Source: Sphingomonadales bacterium (GTDB lineage: Bacteria; Pseudomonadota; Alphaproteobacteria; Sphingomonadales; Sphingomonadaceae). Taken from it: a stretch of DNA of 58,036 nucleotides. Made by a program: the position numbers and the translations under genes. The stretch spans positions 1-58,036 of the forward strand of contig JBBQTM010000001.1 of NCBI GenBank assembly GCA_038234545.1. Direction: 5' to 3'. The notes below the pieces were generated by a model. The model saw only the letters and a program-made list of their open reading frames with translations. It did no database searches and was not told where the DNA came from. Shown here piece after piece: positions 41,861 to 51,770 of this stretch (positions are counted from its first letter, which is position 1; each line of letters opens with the position of its first letter).

Positions 41861-42522
41861 CCGATCTTGCCATCTACGACATGGACCGCACGGTCACGCG
41901 GCGCGCGACCTATACGCCGTTCCTGCTGCATTGTGCCGCGAAACGCGCGCCGTGGCGGCTGCTGGCGATCCCGCTCGTGATCGCATCGATGCTGCTGTAC
42001 GTCGCGAAGATCATCGATCGCGGGCGGCTGAAGGAGATCAATCACTGGCTGTTGCTCGGCAGGGAAACGCATCTCGCGGTGCTCGCGCCGTTGGTGGAAT
42101 CGTTCGCGCAATCGACGATCGAGCATAATATCCGCCCCGGCGCGCTGGCGGCGATTGCGCGCGACAAGGCCGAAGGGCGCCGCGTGGTGATGGCCACCGC
42201 CAGCTACCGCTTCTACGCCCGCGCGATTGCCGAAAAACTCGGCTTCGACGATTGCATCGGCACCAACTCGATCCTCGGCCTCGACGCCTGCGTCCAGGCC
42301 AGGATCGAGGGGGTCAATTGCTACGGCCCGGCCAAATTGACGATGATCGAGGCGTGGCTCGCCGAGCATGGCCTGACCCGGGCGCATGTGCGCTTCTACT
42401 CGGACCATGCCAGCGACGCGCCGGTATTCGAATGGGCCGACGAAGCAGTCGCGGTGAACCCGCACGATCGGCTCAAGCGGCTGGCGGCGGAGCGGGGTTG
42501 GGTGGTTGAGGATTGGGGATAA
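41857..42522 (+). CDS. HAD-IB family hydrolase
   Basis: YDMDRT, ATAS, NCYGPAK, YSDHASDAP, AVNP. Confidence 0.92.
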   Translation: MTDLAIYDMDRTVTRRATYTPFLLHCAAKRAPWRLLAIPLVIASMLLYVAKIIDRGRLKEINHWLLLGRETHLAVLAPLVESFAQSTIEHNIRPGALAAIARDKAEGRRVVMATASYRFYARAIAEKLGFDDCIGTNSILGLDACVQARIEGVNCYGPAKLTMIEAWLAEHGLTRAHVRFYSDHASDAPVFEWADEAVAVNPHDRLKRLAAERGWVVEDWG

Positions 42523-42529
42523 GGGCTTA

Positions 42530-43453
42530 ATGAGCATTCCAAGAGATCATCACTACCTTCCCCAATTCTATCTTGAACGATGGGCAACCAAGGGAACTCT
42601 TTTTCGCTTTGTCCGACCTCGAGGGTCTAATGGCAAACTGGACTGCAAGCTAAGGTCACCGAAAGCCATCGCTTACGAACGAGACCTCTATCAACTGTCG
42701 GACTTGAGCGATGCCGCAGACAGTCAGCGCTTAGAAATGAAGCTTTTCCAACAACTTGACGATCGAGCGGCGACGGCACTTCAGAAGTTAGATCAGGGCC
42801 TACCGGGAAACGCGAAAGACAGGATCGCACTATCTAAATTCATGGTTTCACTGATGCACCGCTCTCCGAGTCGACTCGCTGAGATCAGACGCGAACTAGC
42901 AACACGCGTTGACGGCGCTCCTTATGCCAATCTTGAAGGCGATGATTTTGAAAAATCCCTCAAATCGACTGCGAACAGGCTATTAGCGAGTTTAGTTGAG
43001 TCACCCAATGCAACGTCCATAATTTCAAGCTTCACGGTATTCATCGTGGATGTTTCAAGATCTTCAAAACATTTAATCAATTCAGATCGTCCCGTAAGCG
43101 TTTCTGCTCAGTTGATCTCTTCCGACGCGTTTATGATATTACCGATATCTCCTACAAAACTTTTGATTCTGACGAACGAGGTCGAGATTGCGAGGGCGTT
43201 CTCAACGCAAGAGCCAAACGTCTTGGTCAGAGGTATTAACAGCGCGGTTGTCGAACAAGCACGAGACATTGTGATTGCTGCTGACCAAGACGCACAAAAG
43301 ATGATTGATCGGCTTTTTCTGCGCTCGCAGATTGGGAGAGAATTTGACACAATCGGACTCATTCGACGTAAATCGCCTTTTGTCGATCTACGTCCCAAGC
43401 CCAAGCGCTTCAGTCGGCACAACAAAGGTGCAATGAGGTACCTTGGTGATTAA
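42530..43453 (+). CDS. DUF4238 domain protein (AT-rich, likely horizontally acquired)
   Basis: N-terminal HHYLPQFYL, SDRPV, LPISP motifs; visibly lower GC than neighbours. Confidence 0.8.
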   Translation: MSIPRDHHYLPQFYLERWATKGTLFRFVRPRGSNGKLDCKLRSPKAIAYERDLYQLSDLSDAADSQRLEMKLFQQLDDRAATALQKLDQGLPGNAKDRIALSKFMVSLMHRSPSRLAEIRRELATRVDGAPYANLEGDDFEKSLKSTANRLLASLVESPNATSIISSFTVFIVDVSRSSKHLINSDRPVSVSAQLISSDAFMILPISPTKLLILTNEVEIARAFSTQEPNVLVRGINSAVVEQARDIVIAADQDAQKMIDRLFLRSQIGREFDTIGLIRRKSPFVDLRPKPKRFSRHNKGAMRYLGD

Positions 43454-43470
43454 CCTGTATTGACTGTTGC

Positions 43471-44757
43471 TCAGACCGCCGCCAGCGCATTGTCGAAGTC
43501 GGCGATTAGGTCTTCGGCTTTTTCCACGCCGATCGAAATTCGCACCAGATTGTCCGAAATCCCCAGCGCGGCTTTGCGGTCGTCGGGGACCGAGAGGTGG
43601 GTCATCGCAGCGGGGGCCGAGGCGAGGGTTTCGGTGCCGCCGAGGCTGACCGCGAGCTTGGCGATCTTGAGCGCGTCGAGAAAGGCGAAGGCCTCGCGCT
43701 CGCCGCCCTTGAGGTAGAGCGAGAAGGTCGATCCGGCGCCGAGGCAGTGGCGGTCGTAAATATCCTTCTGGCGCGATCCGGCTTCGAGGAAGCCGAGGTA
43801 GCCAACCGTCTCGACCTTGGGATGATCGCGCAGGAATTCGCACACCTTGGCGGCGTTTTCGCCGGCGCGGCTCATGCGGAGTTCGAGCGTTTCGAGACTG
43901 CGGAGCAGCATCCAGGCGGTGTTCGGATCGCAGATGCCGCCCATCGTGTTGCGGATCATCCGCACCTTGTCGAGCAGCACCTTGGAACCGGTCAGGCCGC
44001 CGGCAACGAGATCGCTGTGGCCGCCGGCATATTTGGTCAGGCTGTAAACCGAAATGTCGGCGCCCTGGTCGATCGGGCGTGCCCAGAGCGGGCCGAGGAA
44101 GGTGTTGTCGATCGCGATCGGGGGGAGCGCATCACCCGCGAAGGCGGCGGCGCGGGCATCGCGGACGGCCTCGACGTCGACCAAAGCATTGGTCGGGTTG
44201 GCCGGGCTTTCGAGATAGATCAGGCTGACATTGCCCATCGCCTTGGCGCGGTCGAGCACGTCATCGATTTCTTCGCGGGTCGCGCCGGCGGGGAAGTCGA
44301 CATATTTGATGCCGAACTGGCTCAATATCTTGGCGATGATCGACTCGGTCGCGGCGTAAAGCGGGCCCGAATGAACGATCACGTCGCCGGGGCGGACGAA
44401 GGTCAGGAACAGAGTGGTGATGGCGGTCATGCCACTGGAGAAAGCGAGGCTTTCCTCGGCATCTTCCCACAGTTTCAGGCGATCCTCGAGGATGTTCTGG
44501 TTGGGGTTGTTGAAGCGCGAATAGACCAGGCCATCGCCCGCGCCGGGGCGGCGGCCGGTGATTCCTTCGAAGAACAATTTGCCGTCGGCGGCGCGCTCGA
44601 ACACGAAGGTCGAGGTGGGGAAAATGGGGGGCTTGAGCGAGCCTTCGCTCAGCGCTGCATCATAGCCGTGGCCCATCATCATGGTCGACGGGTCGAGCTT
44701 GTGATTGCCGATGTGGGTGGCGGCTTGCTTGGGCTTGCGGGAGGTCGTGTCGGCCAT
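43471..44757 (-). CDS. Cystathionine gamma-synthase / methionine gamma-lyase family PLP enzyme
   Basis: YSRFNNPN, FSSGM, ESPANPT, DNTF, SLTKYAGGHSD, AVSLGGTET, RISIG. Confidence 0.93.
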   Translation of the reverse strand: MADTTSRKPKQAATHIGNHKLDPSTMMMGHGYDAALSEGSLKPPIFPTSTFVFERAADGKLFFEGITGRRPGAGDGLVYSRFNNPNQNILEDRLKLWEDAEESLAFSSGMTAITTLFLTFVRPGDVIVHSGPLYAATESIIAKILSQFGIKYVDFPAGATREEIDDVLDRAKAMGNVSLIYLESPANPTNALVDVEAVRDARAAAFAGDALPPIAIDNTFLGPLWARPIDQGADISVYSLTKYAGGHSDLVAGGLTGSKVLLDKVRMIRNTMGGICDPNTAWMLLRSLETLELRMSRAGENAAKVCEFLRDHPKVETVGYLGFLEAGSRQKDIYDRHCLGAGSTFSLYLKGGEREAFAFLDALKIAKLAVSLGGTETLASAPAAMTHLSVPDDRKAALGISDNLVRISIGVEKAEDLIADFDNALAAV

Positions 44758-44890
44758 GGGGGATCCTCGTTTCAATCGTCCCAGGGAGGCGGGACATCTG
44801 AGCGAGGAAGCCGGGGCGATTCCATCCTAACCTCCGCAGGATCCGCCGGCTCACCGTCGGCTGGGCAATTAGTCGCCGCCCGGGGAGATT

Positions 44891-45646
44891 TCAACCGGGG
44901 TTGAGGCCGATGATACTCAGCTGGCGGCCGTAGTCGGGCTCGCCGGCGTGGGTGGCGCGGCGGTAGCTGAAGAAACGGTCGGGCGCGGCATAAGTGTCGA
45001 GGCCGAGCGCCTCGATGCGGGTGACTCCGGCGGCGGCGAGGCTTGCAACGACGAAGCTTTCGAGGTCGAAATGCGGTTTGCCGGCGGGGCCGTCGGTCAA
45101 GAAACGCTCATTCTCCTCACCCAGCCGCTCGGCGAAGGCGGGGTCGACCTCGTAATTTCGCTGGGCGATGCAGGGCCCGACCGCAGCGGCGATTCGTTCG
45201 CGGCGGGCGCCGAGTTTTTCCATCGCGGCAATGGTGCTGGCGGCGACCCCGGCGACCGCGCCGCGCCATCCGGCATGGGCGGCGCCGATGACCCCGGCCT
45301 CGCGGTCGGCGAGCAGGATCGGGGCGCAATCGGCGGTCAGGATCCCGAGGAGAATGCCGGGACGGTCGGTGACCAAAGCGTCGGCGTGGGGACGGTCGTC
45401 GTCGGGCCAATCGCCTGCTTCAACCGCGTCGGCGCTGTGGATCTGGTGGACCGTCACGAGTCGCGAACAGGGAAGCACCGCTTCGACCGCGCGGCGGCGG
45501 TTCTCAGCGATGGAGGCGCGATCGTCGCCGCTGCCCCAGCCGCAATTGAGGCCGGTGAGCGTGCCGGTGGAGACGCCGCCTGCCCGCCCGAGGAACGCGT
45601 GGGGGAGGTCGGCCAGCGCTGCGGCGCGGACGGCCTCGACCGTCAA
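44891..45646 (-). CDS. pgeF: Peptidoglycan editing factor PgeF (YfiH family)
   Basis: GGVS, QIHS, ADALVT, TADCAPIL, AAHAGWRG, GPCI, FFSYRR. Confidence 0.92.
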   Translation of the reverse strand: MTVEAVRAAALADLPHAFLGRAGGVSTGTLTGLNCGWGSGDDRASIAENRRRAVEAVLPCSRLVTVHQIHSADAVEAGDWPDDDRPHADALVTDRPGILLGILTADCAPILLADREAGVIGAAHAGWRGAVAGVAASTIAAMEKLGARRERIAAAVGPCIAQRNYEVDPAFAERLGEENERFLTDGPAGKPHFDLESFVVASLAAAGVTRIEALGLDTYAAPDRFFSYRRATHAGEPDYGRQLSIIGLNPG

Positions 45647-46155
45647 AGCGGCCTTCGCATGACGATATCCTCATCGGCATGCGTGCCGACCATGAAGGCA
45701 TAGCGCCCTTCCGCGACGAACCCCCAGCGCTCGTAGAATTTGCGGGCGCGGTGGTTGTCGACGAACACCGAGAGGTAGAGGTCGTCGCCCTTGCGCTGCT
45801 CGGCCTGGTCGATCACCCAGTGCATCATCTCGTCGGCGATGCCGTGGCCTTGCCAGTCCTTGACGAGGTAAAATTGGCGAAGTTCGACCGCCACCCCGCG
45901 CGGCTCGAACGGAAGGTGAGGCGGGCCGACCTTGGCATAGCCGACCGCCTCGCCGCTCGCCGTTTCAACCAGCAGCACCGCATATTCGGGATCGCATAGC
46001 TCCGCCGCCCAATGCTCCTCGGCATGGGTCTTGAGGAACAGGTCGAGGTCGTCGGGATCGTAGAGGTGGCCGAAGGTGTCGGTGAAGGTGCGGCTGCCGA
46101 GGGCGGCGAGCGTCGCGGCATCGGCCTTGGTCGCGTCGCGGAGGGTGACGGTCAC
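45643..46155 (-). CDS. GNAT family N-acetyltransferase
   Basis: WQGHGIA, LSVFVDNHRARKFYERWGF; GTGA overlap. Confidence 0.9.
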   Translation of the reverse strand: MTVTLRDATKADAATLAALGSRTFTDTFGHLYDPDDLDLFLKTHAEEHWAAELCDPEYAVLLVETASGEAVGYAKVGPPHLPFEPRGVAVELRQFYLVKDWQGHGIADEMMHWVIDQAEQRKGDDLYLSVFVDNHRARKFYERWGFVAEGRYAFMVGTHADEDIVMRRPL

Positions 46156-47111
46156 TGGAAACCCGCGGGAATCGGCCAATCGGGATGATGGATTGCCATG
46201 ATCTTGAACAGATCGCCCATCTGGTCGGCTGCGGTCAAGCGGGCGAGCGCCGAAGCGATGGTTTCAGCATGGTGGGGGTTGGCGCGGGTGAGGGCGTCGG
46301 CGCGTTGCTGGATGCCGAGGCGCGTGAGCCAGTCGCGTTGCGTTGCAAGCGCAGTCACCGCCGCGCCCGCTTCGCGTGCTACTTTCCCCACCGCCTGGAA
46401 ATCGACGTGGGCGGTGAGATCCTGCTCGCCCGGATCGGCCAGCGGATCGGCAAAGGCGTGACCGCGCACCGCCTGGAGCGTGTCGCCGGGGGCGCTCGCG
46501 GCGTGGCCGTAATCGATGATCAGGGCGATCCCGCCGTGGGTGACGAGGTGCGCGGCGAGGGCGGCAGCGGCGGCGGCGCGGGCGGGGGAGGTTTCGACGA
46601 TCAGGCCGTGGCCGGTGAAGGCGAGCGCATTGCCGTGCGGCACGATCAGTCGTTGCTCGTCGCCGACCCATTGCTGGACGGGCAGCGCGTCGAAGAATTC
46701 ATTGGCGACCAGCAGGATGGGTTGCTGGGGAAGCTGCTCGATGCGGTCAAGGTGGACCGCGTGGGGCACGCGTGCCCGCTGGGCGTCACGCAGGGTGGGG
46801 CTGGTCTCGATGAAGTGGGCCGGAATTGGACCGAACAGGCGAAGCGCATCGGCGGCAAGCGTCCCACGGCCGGGGCCGAGCTCGGCGTAGATTGCGTCCG
46901 TCGCTCCCGCCCTCGCCGCGACATCGGCGAGGCAGGCGCCGACCATCTCGCCGAACATCTGATGAATTTCGGGCGCGGTGGTGAAGTCGCCGCTCGCGCC
47001 CAGCGGATCGCGGGTGGCGTAATAATGCGCGTTGCACAGCGCCATATAGGCCTCGACGGTGAGCGGTCCGCGGGTGCGGATCCGCTCGTTCAATTCGTCG
47101 GCGAAGCTCAG
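46152..47111 (-). CDS. SAM-dependent methyltransferase, MidA/NDUFAF7 family
   Basis: [50 protein letters not shown]; probable CTG start. Confidence 0.9.
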   Translation of the reverse strand: MSFADELNERIRTRGPLTVEAYMALCNAHYYATRDPLGASGDFTTAPEIHQMFGEMVGACLADVAARAGATDAIYAELGPGRGTLAADALRLFGPIPAHFIETSPTLRDAQRARVPHAVHLDRIEQLPQQPILLVANEFFDALPVQQWVGDEQRLIVPHGNALAFTGHGLIVETSPARAAAAAALAAHLVTHGGIALIIDYGHAASAPGDTLQAVRGHAFADPLADPGEQDLTAHVDFQAVGKVAREAGAAVTALATQRDWLTRLGIQQRADALTRANPHHAETIASALARLTAADQMGDLFKIMAIHHPDWPIPAGFQ

Positions 47112-48019
47112 GCCACGCTCTCCGTCCCGGCCACCGGCTCGACCCGGTCGCGGCGGCGCTTGGCAGTGGCCATCAGATACAGGCCGCCGATGATCATCGG
47201 CAGCGACAGCCATTGCCCCATGTGCAAGCCCGAGGCTTCGATGATGGTGCCGGCAAACTGATCGTCGGGCTCACGGATATATTCGATGGCGAAGCGGAAC
47301 AGCCCGTAAAACAGGATGAACGCGCCGACCAATTTGCCCGGTTCGTAGCGCGCCTTGGTCTTCCAGAACATGAAAGCGAGGATCGCGAACAGCACCGCGC
47401 CTTCCAGGATCGCTTCGTACAATTGGGTCGGATGGCGGGCGGGGCCGAGCTGAAGCGTGCCGGCGATCATTTCGGGAAAGCGCACCGCCCACGCGACCGT
47501 GGTTGGCGCGCCCCACAATTCGCCGTTGACGAAATTGGCGACGCGCACCAGCCCGAGCCCGATCGGCACGGTGCAGGCGACATAGTCATGGACCCGCAGC
47601 CAGTTCAGCCCTTCCTTGCGGGCAAGGTAAAGGATGCCGATGGTGACCCCGATGACCCCGCCGTGAAAGCTCATCCCGCCGTCCCACAATTTGAGGATGT
47701 CGAGCGGGTTCTTGAGATAATAGCCGAGGTTGTAGAACAGGACGTAGCCCAGCCGGCCACCGAAGATCACGCCGAGCGACGCGTAGAAGACGAGATCGTC
47801 GGCGTGGCGCCGGGCGAGCGGGGCGCCGGGCTGCTTGATCAGCTTGAGCAGATACCAATAGCCGAGGAAAATGCCCGCGAGATAGCCGAGGCTGTACCAG
47901 CGAAGCTCGAAAATGCCGAGATCGAGCGCGACCGGCGACAAGCCGAGGTCATAATAGCTGATCGCCCCGCTATTATTCGCGACATTATTGGCCACATTGT
48001 TGGCAGTTACGGCGGTCAT
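47108..48019 (-). CDS. lgt: Prolipoprotein diacylglyceryl transferase
   Basis: [55 protein letters not shown]. Confidence 0.96.
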   Translation of the reverse strand: MTAVTANNVANNVANNSGAISYYDLGLSPVALDLGIFELRWYSLGYLAGIFLGYWYLLKLIKQPGAPLARRHADDLVFYASLGVIFGGRLGYVLFYNLGYYLKNPLDILKLWDGGMSFHGGVIGVTIGILYLARKEGLNWLRVHDYVACTVPIGLGLVRVANFVNGELWGAPTTVAWAVRFPEMIAGTLQLGPARHPTQLYEAILEGAVLFAILAFMFWKTKARYEPGKLVGAFILFYGLFRFAIEYIREPDDQFAGTIIEASGLHMGQWLSLPMIIGGLYLMATAKRRRDRVEPVAGTESVA

Positions 48020-48081
48020 GGGTCTTCCTTCGTGCGGTGACGCCTCATAAGGTGCCCGACGGGGAAGGCAAAGGAGAAGCG

Positions 48082-49746
48082 ATGCCAAGCGAGCTCGACC
48101 GTATTTTCGATGCAACCCTGGCCGCGGTGATCGGGCCGGGCGGACGGATCGTGATCGAGCGCGATTCCAAGGGCCAGGCGATCGTCGGCAACTTTCCTGC
48201 CACCCTTCCGAGCTTTTTCGCCACCTTCTGCGCCCTCAACGGCGCGGTCGAGGCGGTGATCGCGGGCGACGAACGGCTGACCTTCGCCGATCTCGGGCGA
48301 TTATCCGACGAGGTCGCGCGCGGGCTGGTGGCGCGGGGCATCGTCAAGGGCGACCGGGTCGGAATCGCGATGCGCAACTGCCCGAGCTGGATCGTCGGCT
48401 ACATGGGCGCGCTCAAGGCCGGCGCAATCGCGACCCTGCTCAACGGCTGGTGGCAGGCCGAGGAGTTGGCCCACGCGCTCGAACTCACCGCGCCCAAACT
48501 GATCCTGGCCGATGCGCCCCGTGCGGCGCGCATTGCCAAGGTCGCTGGCGACTGGGACTTGGTGCAGCTTCAGGTGGAATTGCCGTCCGGACAGGCGTTG
48601 GCGCCGTTGCTTGGGGCCGATCCGGCGACGAGTTTGCCCGAGGTCGCGCCCGACGACGATGCCACCATCCTCTTCACCTCGGGATCGACCGGCGAGGCCA
48701 AGGGCGCGCTGTCGACCCATCGCGCGGTGACCACCGGCGTCTATGTCTACGCGACGCACCTGATGACCCTGCTCGGAATCATGACCGCGCGCGGAACCCC
48801 GCCGCCCAATCCGCCCAAGACATTGGTCAACGTGCCGCTGTTCCATGTCACCGGCGAAGTGCCGGTGTTGCTCAACAGCTTCGTCGTCGGGCGTGGAATG
48901 GTGCTGATGACCAAATGGGACGCGGGCGAGGCGCTGCGGCTGATCGAGGCAGAGACGGTGACCTATTTCGTTGGCGTCCCGACGATGAGCCTGGAGCTGA
49001 TGAACCATCCCGACCGCGACAAATATGATCTGTCGTCAATGACCGATATCGCGGCCGGCGGCGCGGCCCGGCCGACGGCGCATGTCGAGCGGCTTAAGGA
49101 CAGTTTCGCCGAAGCACAGCCCGCGCTAGGCTATGGTTTGACCGAGACCAATGCCGTCGGCTGCGGCAATTTCTGGAGCAATTATATCGACAAGCCGGCG
49201 TCGACGGGGCGTCCGACCGCTCCTTTTGTCGAGATGGCGATTCTCGGCGATGACAACCAGCATCTGCCGTCGGGAGAGCGCGGCGAAATTGGGATCCGCA
49301 CCGCAGCCAACATCAAGGGTTATTGGAAAAATCCAGCCGCCACCGCCGCCGCATTCACGGCCGATCATTTCCTCAAGACCGGTGACATCGGCTATCTCGA
49401 CGATGACGGCTATTTGTTCATCGTCGACCGCAAGAAGGACATCATCATTCGCGGCGGCGAGAATATTTCGGCGGCCGAGGTCGAGGCGGCGCTCTACGCC
49501 TGCACCGGAATCGGCGAGGTGTCGGTGTTCGGGGTTCCCGACGAGCGGCTGGGCGAGATCGTGGTCGCGGTGCTCCACCCGGCCGAGGGTGAAAATGTCG
49601 ACGAAACCACCCTGCGCGGGTTTCTCGATGGCAAGCTTGCGGCATACAAGATTCCCGAACGGATGATCTTTTCCGACCAGCCGCTGCCAAGGCTCGGCAC
49701 CGGCAAGATCGACCGCGTCGTCTTGAAGCAGAAATACGCGCATTGA
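48082..49746 (+). CDS. AMP-forming acyl-CoA synthetase (class I adenylate-forming enzyme)
   Basis: [41 protein letters not shown]; AGGAG SD. Confidence 0.93.
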   Translation: MPSELDRIFDATLAAVIGPGGRIVIERDSKGQAIVGNFPATLPSFFATFCALNGAVEAVIAGDERLTFADLGRLSDEVARGLVARGIVKGDRVGIAMRNCPSWIVGYMGALKAGAIATLLNGWWQAEELAHALELTAPKLILADAPRAARIAKVAGDWDLVQLQVELPSGQALAPLLGADPATSLPEVAPDDDATILFTSGSTGEAKGALSTHRAVTTGVYVYATHLMTLLGIMTARGTPPPNPPKTLVNVPLFHVTGEVPVLLNSFVVGRGMVLMTKWDAGEALRLIEAETVTYFVGVPTMSLELMNHPDRDKYDLSSMTDIAAGGAARPTAHVERLKDSFAEAQPALGYGLTETNAVGCGNFWSNYIDKPASTGRPTAPFVEMAILGDDNQHLPSGERGEIGIRTAANIKGYWKNPAATAAAFTADHFLKTGDIGYLDDDGYLFIVDRKKDIIIRGGENISAAEVEAALYACTGIGEVSVFGVPDERLGEIVVAVLHPAEGENVDETTLRGFLDGKLAAYKIPERMIFSDQPLPRLGTGKIDRVVLKQKYAH

Positions 49747-51770
49747 GGCCGATCAGCCGTCGTAGCCTGCTGGTCGGCGGCGGGGTCGGCATCGGGCTGA
49801 TCGTCGCCTTTGCAGCCTGGCCGCGCAAAATTGGAAGCGCGCTGACCGCCGCGCGCGGCGAGCAAGTGTTCGGCCATTATCTCAAGATCGCGCCCGACGG
49901 GCGGGTGACGGTGGCGATTCCACAAGCCGAGACCGGGCAGGGCATCTGGACCGGCCTGGCCCAGGTTGCCGCCGACGAGCTGGGTGCGGCGTGGGAGCAG
50001 GTGGCGGTCGAGCCTGCCCCGGCGGGCGCAGTCTATGCCAATGCGACGTTGAAGCGCCGTGCGACCGCGGGGGCGACCTCGGTGCGGGCGTTCGAGCAGC
50101 CGCTGCGCGAAGCCGGAGCAATGGCGCGCGACCTGCTGGTACGGGCGGCGGCGGCCCGATGGGACGTCGATCCGGCCGAATGCGAGGCGGCCGACGGATT
50201 CGTCGCGCATGGCGGACGGCGGCTGGGGTTCGGGCAAGTGGCGGAGGCGGCAGCGGCGCTGGAGCCGGGCGAGCCCGTGCTTCGCGCAGCCGACAGTGGA
50301 CGGCTCGCCGGCCAGTCGCTGGCGCGGCTCGACGGGCCGGCCAAGTCGGACGGGGCGTGGCGTTTTGCCGGCGATGTGCGGTTGCCGGACATGCTATTCG
50401 CGTCGGTACGGATGGCGCCGCCGGGCGGGCAATTGCGCGGCTTTTCGCGCCGGAGCCAGGATGATCGACTGGTCGCGGGCGAGGGCTGGCTGGCGGCGGT
50501 GGGCGCGACGTGGTGGTCCGCCGAGCGCGCGCTGGTTGCGGCTGCCGCGCGCTTCACCGGCAATGCCGACAGCAACAACGCGGCAGTCGATATAGCGCTC
50601 CAGCAGGCGCTCGACACCGGCGACCGGCAATCCTTGTTCTCGCGCGGGGACTATGCCGAGACCGTCGTCGATGCGCAGGCGCTGGCGGCAACCTATCGGA
50701 TTGCTGCGGCCGACCATGGTTCGCTCGAACCGATGTGCGCCACCGCACGGTTTGCGGGCGGGCGGCTCGAACTGTGGGCGCCGGTCCAGGATTATGATGC
50801 CGCGCTCGCGGCGACCGGGATGGAGGCGGCGGCGGTGACGCTTTACCCGATGCCAGTCGGCGATCCGTCGGGTGCGGGAATGGCGACCCTCGCCATTCCT
50901 ATTGTGATCAATCTGGCGCGGCGGACGGGCAAGCCGGTGCAGCTGGTCGTCCCGGCCAAGGGCAGCCGCAATCATATACCGATGCGCAGCCCGATGGTCG
51001 CGCGGATGACCGCTCTGCCGTCGCCCGATGGCGGTCTGGCGGCATGGAGCGCGCGGTTCGTCAGCGCGCCCGATTTGGCATTACCCGGTGCCGCCCCGCC
51101 CTATTCGGTGCCGGCGATGCGGATCGAGCAGGTCGCCGCCGACCTGCCGATTGCGAGCGGATATATGCGCGGCGGGAGCGAGGCGCTGACCGCCTTTGCA
51201 ACCGAGAGCTTCGTCGACGAAGTGGCGCGGCGGATGGGGTCGGAACCATTCTCGTTCCGAATGGGCTTGCTGGGCGGCAACGTCCGGCTCGCCCAGGTGC
51301 TGAGCGCGGTGGCGGCGCTTGGCCGGTGGGATGGCGGCGGCCCGGGAAGCCGGATGGGCCTGGCCTGCGCATCGGCGTTCGGGTCGCACATCGCATTGCT
51401 GGCTGAGGCCGGGATCGGAGCCGACCAGCAAATCGCGGTCGAGCGGCTGGTGGCGGTGGTGGACTGCGGGCGGGCGATCAATCCCGGGCTGGTGATGCAG
51501 CAGGTCGAGGGGTCGTTGCTCCAGGCACTGGCGCTGGCGACCCGTCTCGCGCCCGAGATCGTTGCCGGAATGCCGGTCGTGCGGCGTTCGGGTCGGGCCA
51601 GCTTCGCCGTCGTTCCGCAAATCGAGGTCGAAATTGCGCCGAGCAGCGCCGAGCCCGGCGGAGTCAGCGGGCTCGGCCATGTCGTGCTTGCGGCCGCGGT
51701 CGCCAATGCCATCGCCTCTGGAACCGGGCGACGCTTGCGCGATCTGCCGTTCGATAGCATGGCGAGTTAG
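49743..51770 (+). CDS. Xanthine dehydrogenase-family / IorB-like molybdopterin-binding subunit, Tat-exported, probably degenerate
   Basis: SRRSLL twin-arginine signal; ETGQG, LEPM.ATA, ESFVDEVA, VDCGRAINP..QQVEG. Confidence 0.82.
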   Translation: MRPISRRSLLVGGGVGIGLIVAFAAWPRKIGSALTAARGEQVFGHYLKIAPDGRVTVAIPQAETGQGIWTGLAQVAADELGAAWEQVAVEPAPAGAVYANATLKRRATAGATSVRAFEQPLREAGAMARDLLVRAAAARWDVDPAECEAADGFVAHGGRRLGFGQVAEAAAALEPGEPVLRAADSGRLAGQSLARLDGPAKSDGAWRFAGDVRLPDMLFASVRMAPPGGQLRGFSRRSQDDRLVAGEGWLAAVGATWWSAERALVAAAARFTGNADSNNAAVDIALQQALDTGDRQSLFSRGDYAETVVDAQALAATYRIAAADHGSLEPMCATARFAGGRLELWAPVQDYDAALAATGMEAAAVTLYPMPVGDPSGAGMATLAIPIVINLARRTGKPVQLVVPAKGSRNHIPMRSPMVARMTALPSPDGGLAAWSARFVSAPDLALPGAAPPYSVPAMRIEQVAADLPIASGYMRGGSEALTAFATESFVDEVARRMGSEPFSFRMGLLGGNVRLAQVLSAVAALGRWDGGGPGSRMGLACASAFGSHIALLAEAGIGADQQIAVERLVAVVDCGRAINPGLVMQQVEGSLLQALALATRLAPEIVAGMPVVRRSGRASFAVVPQIEVEIAPSSAEPGGVSGLGHVVLAAAVANAIASGTGRRLRDLPFDSMAS

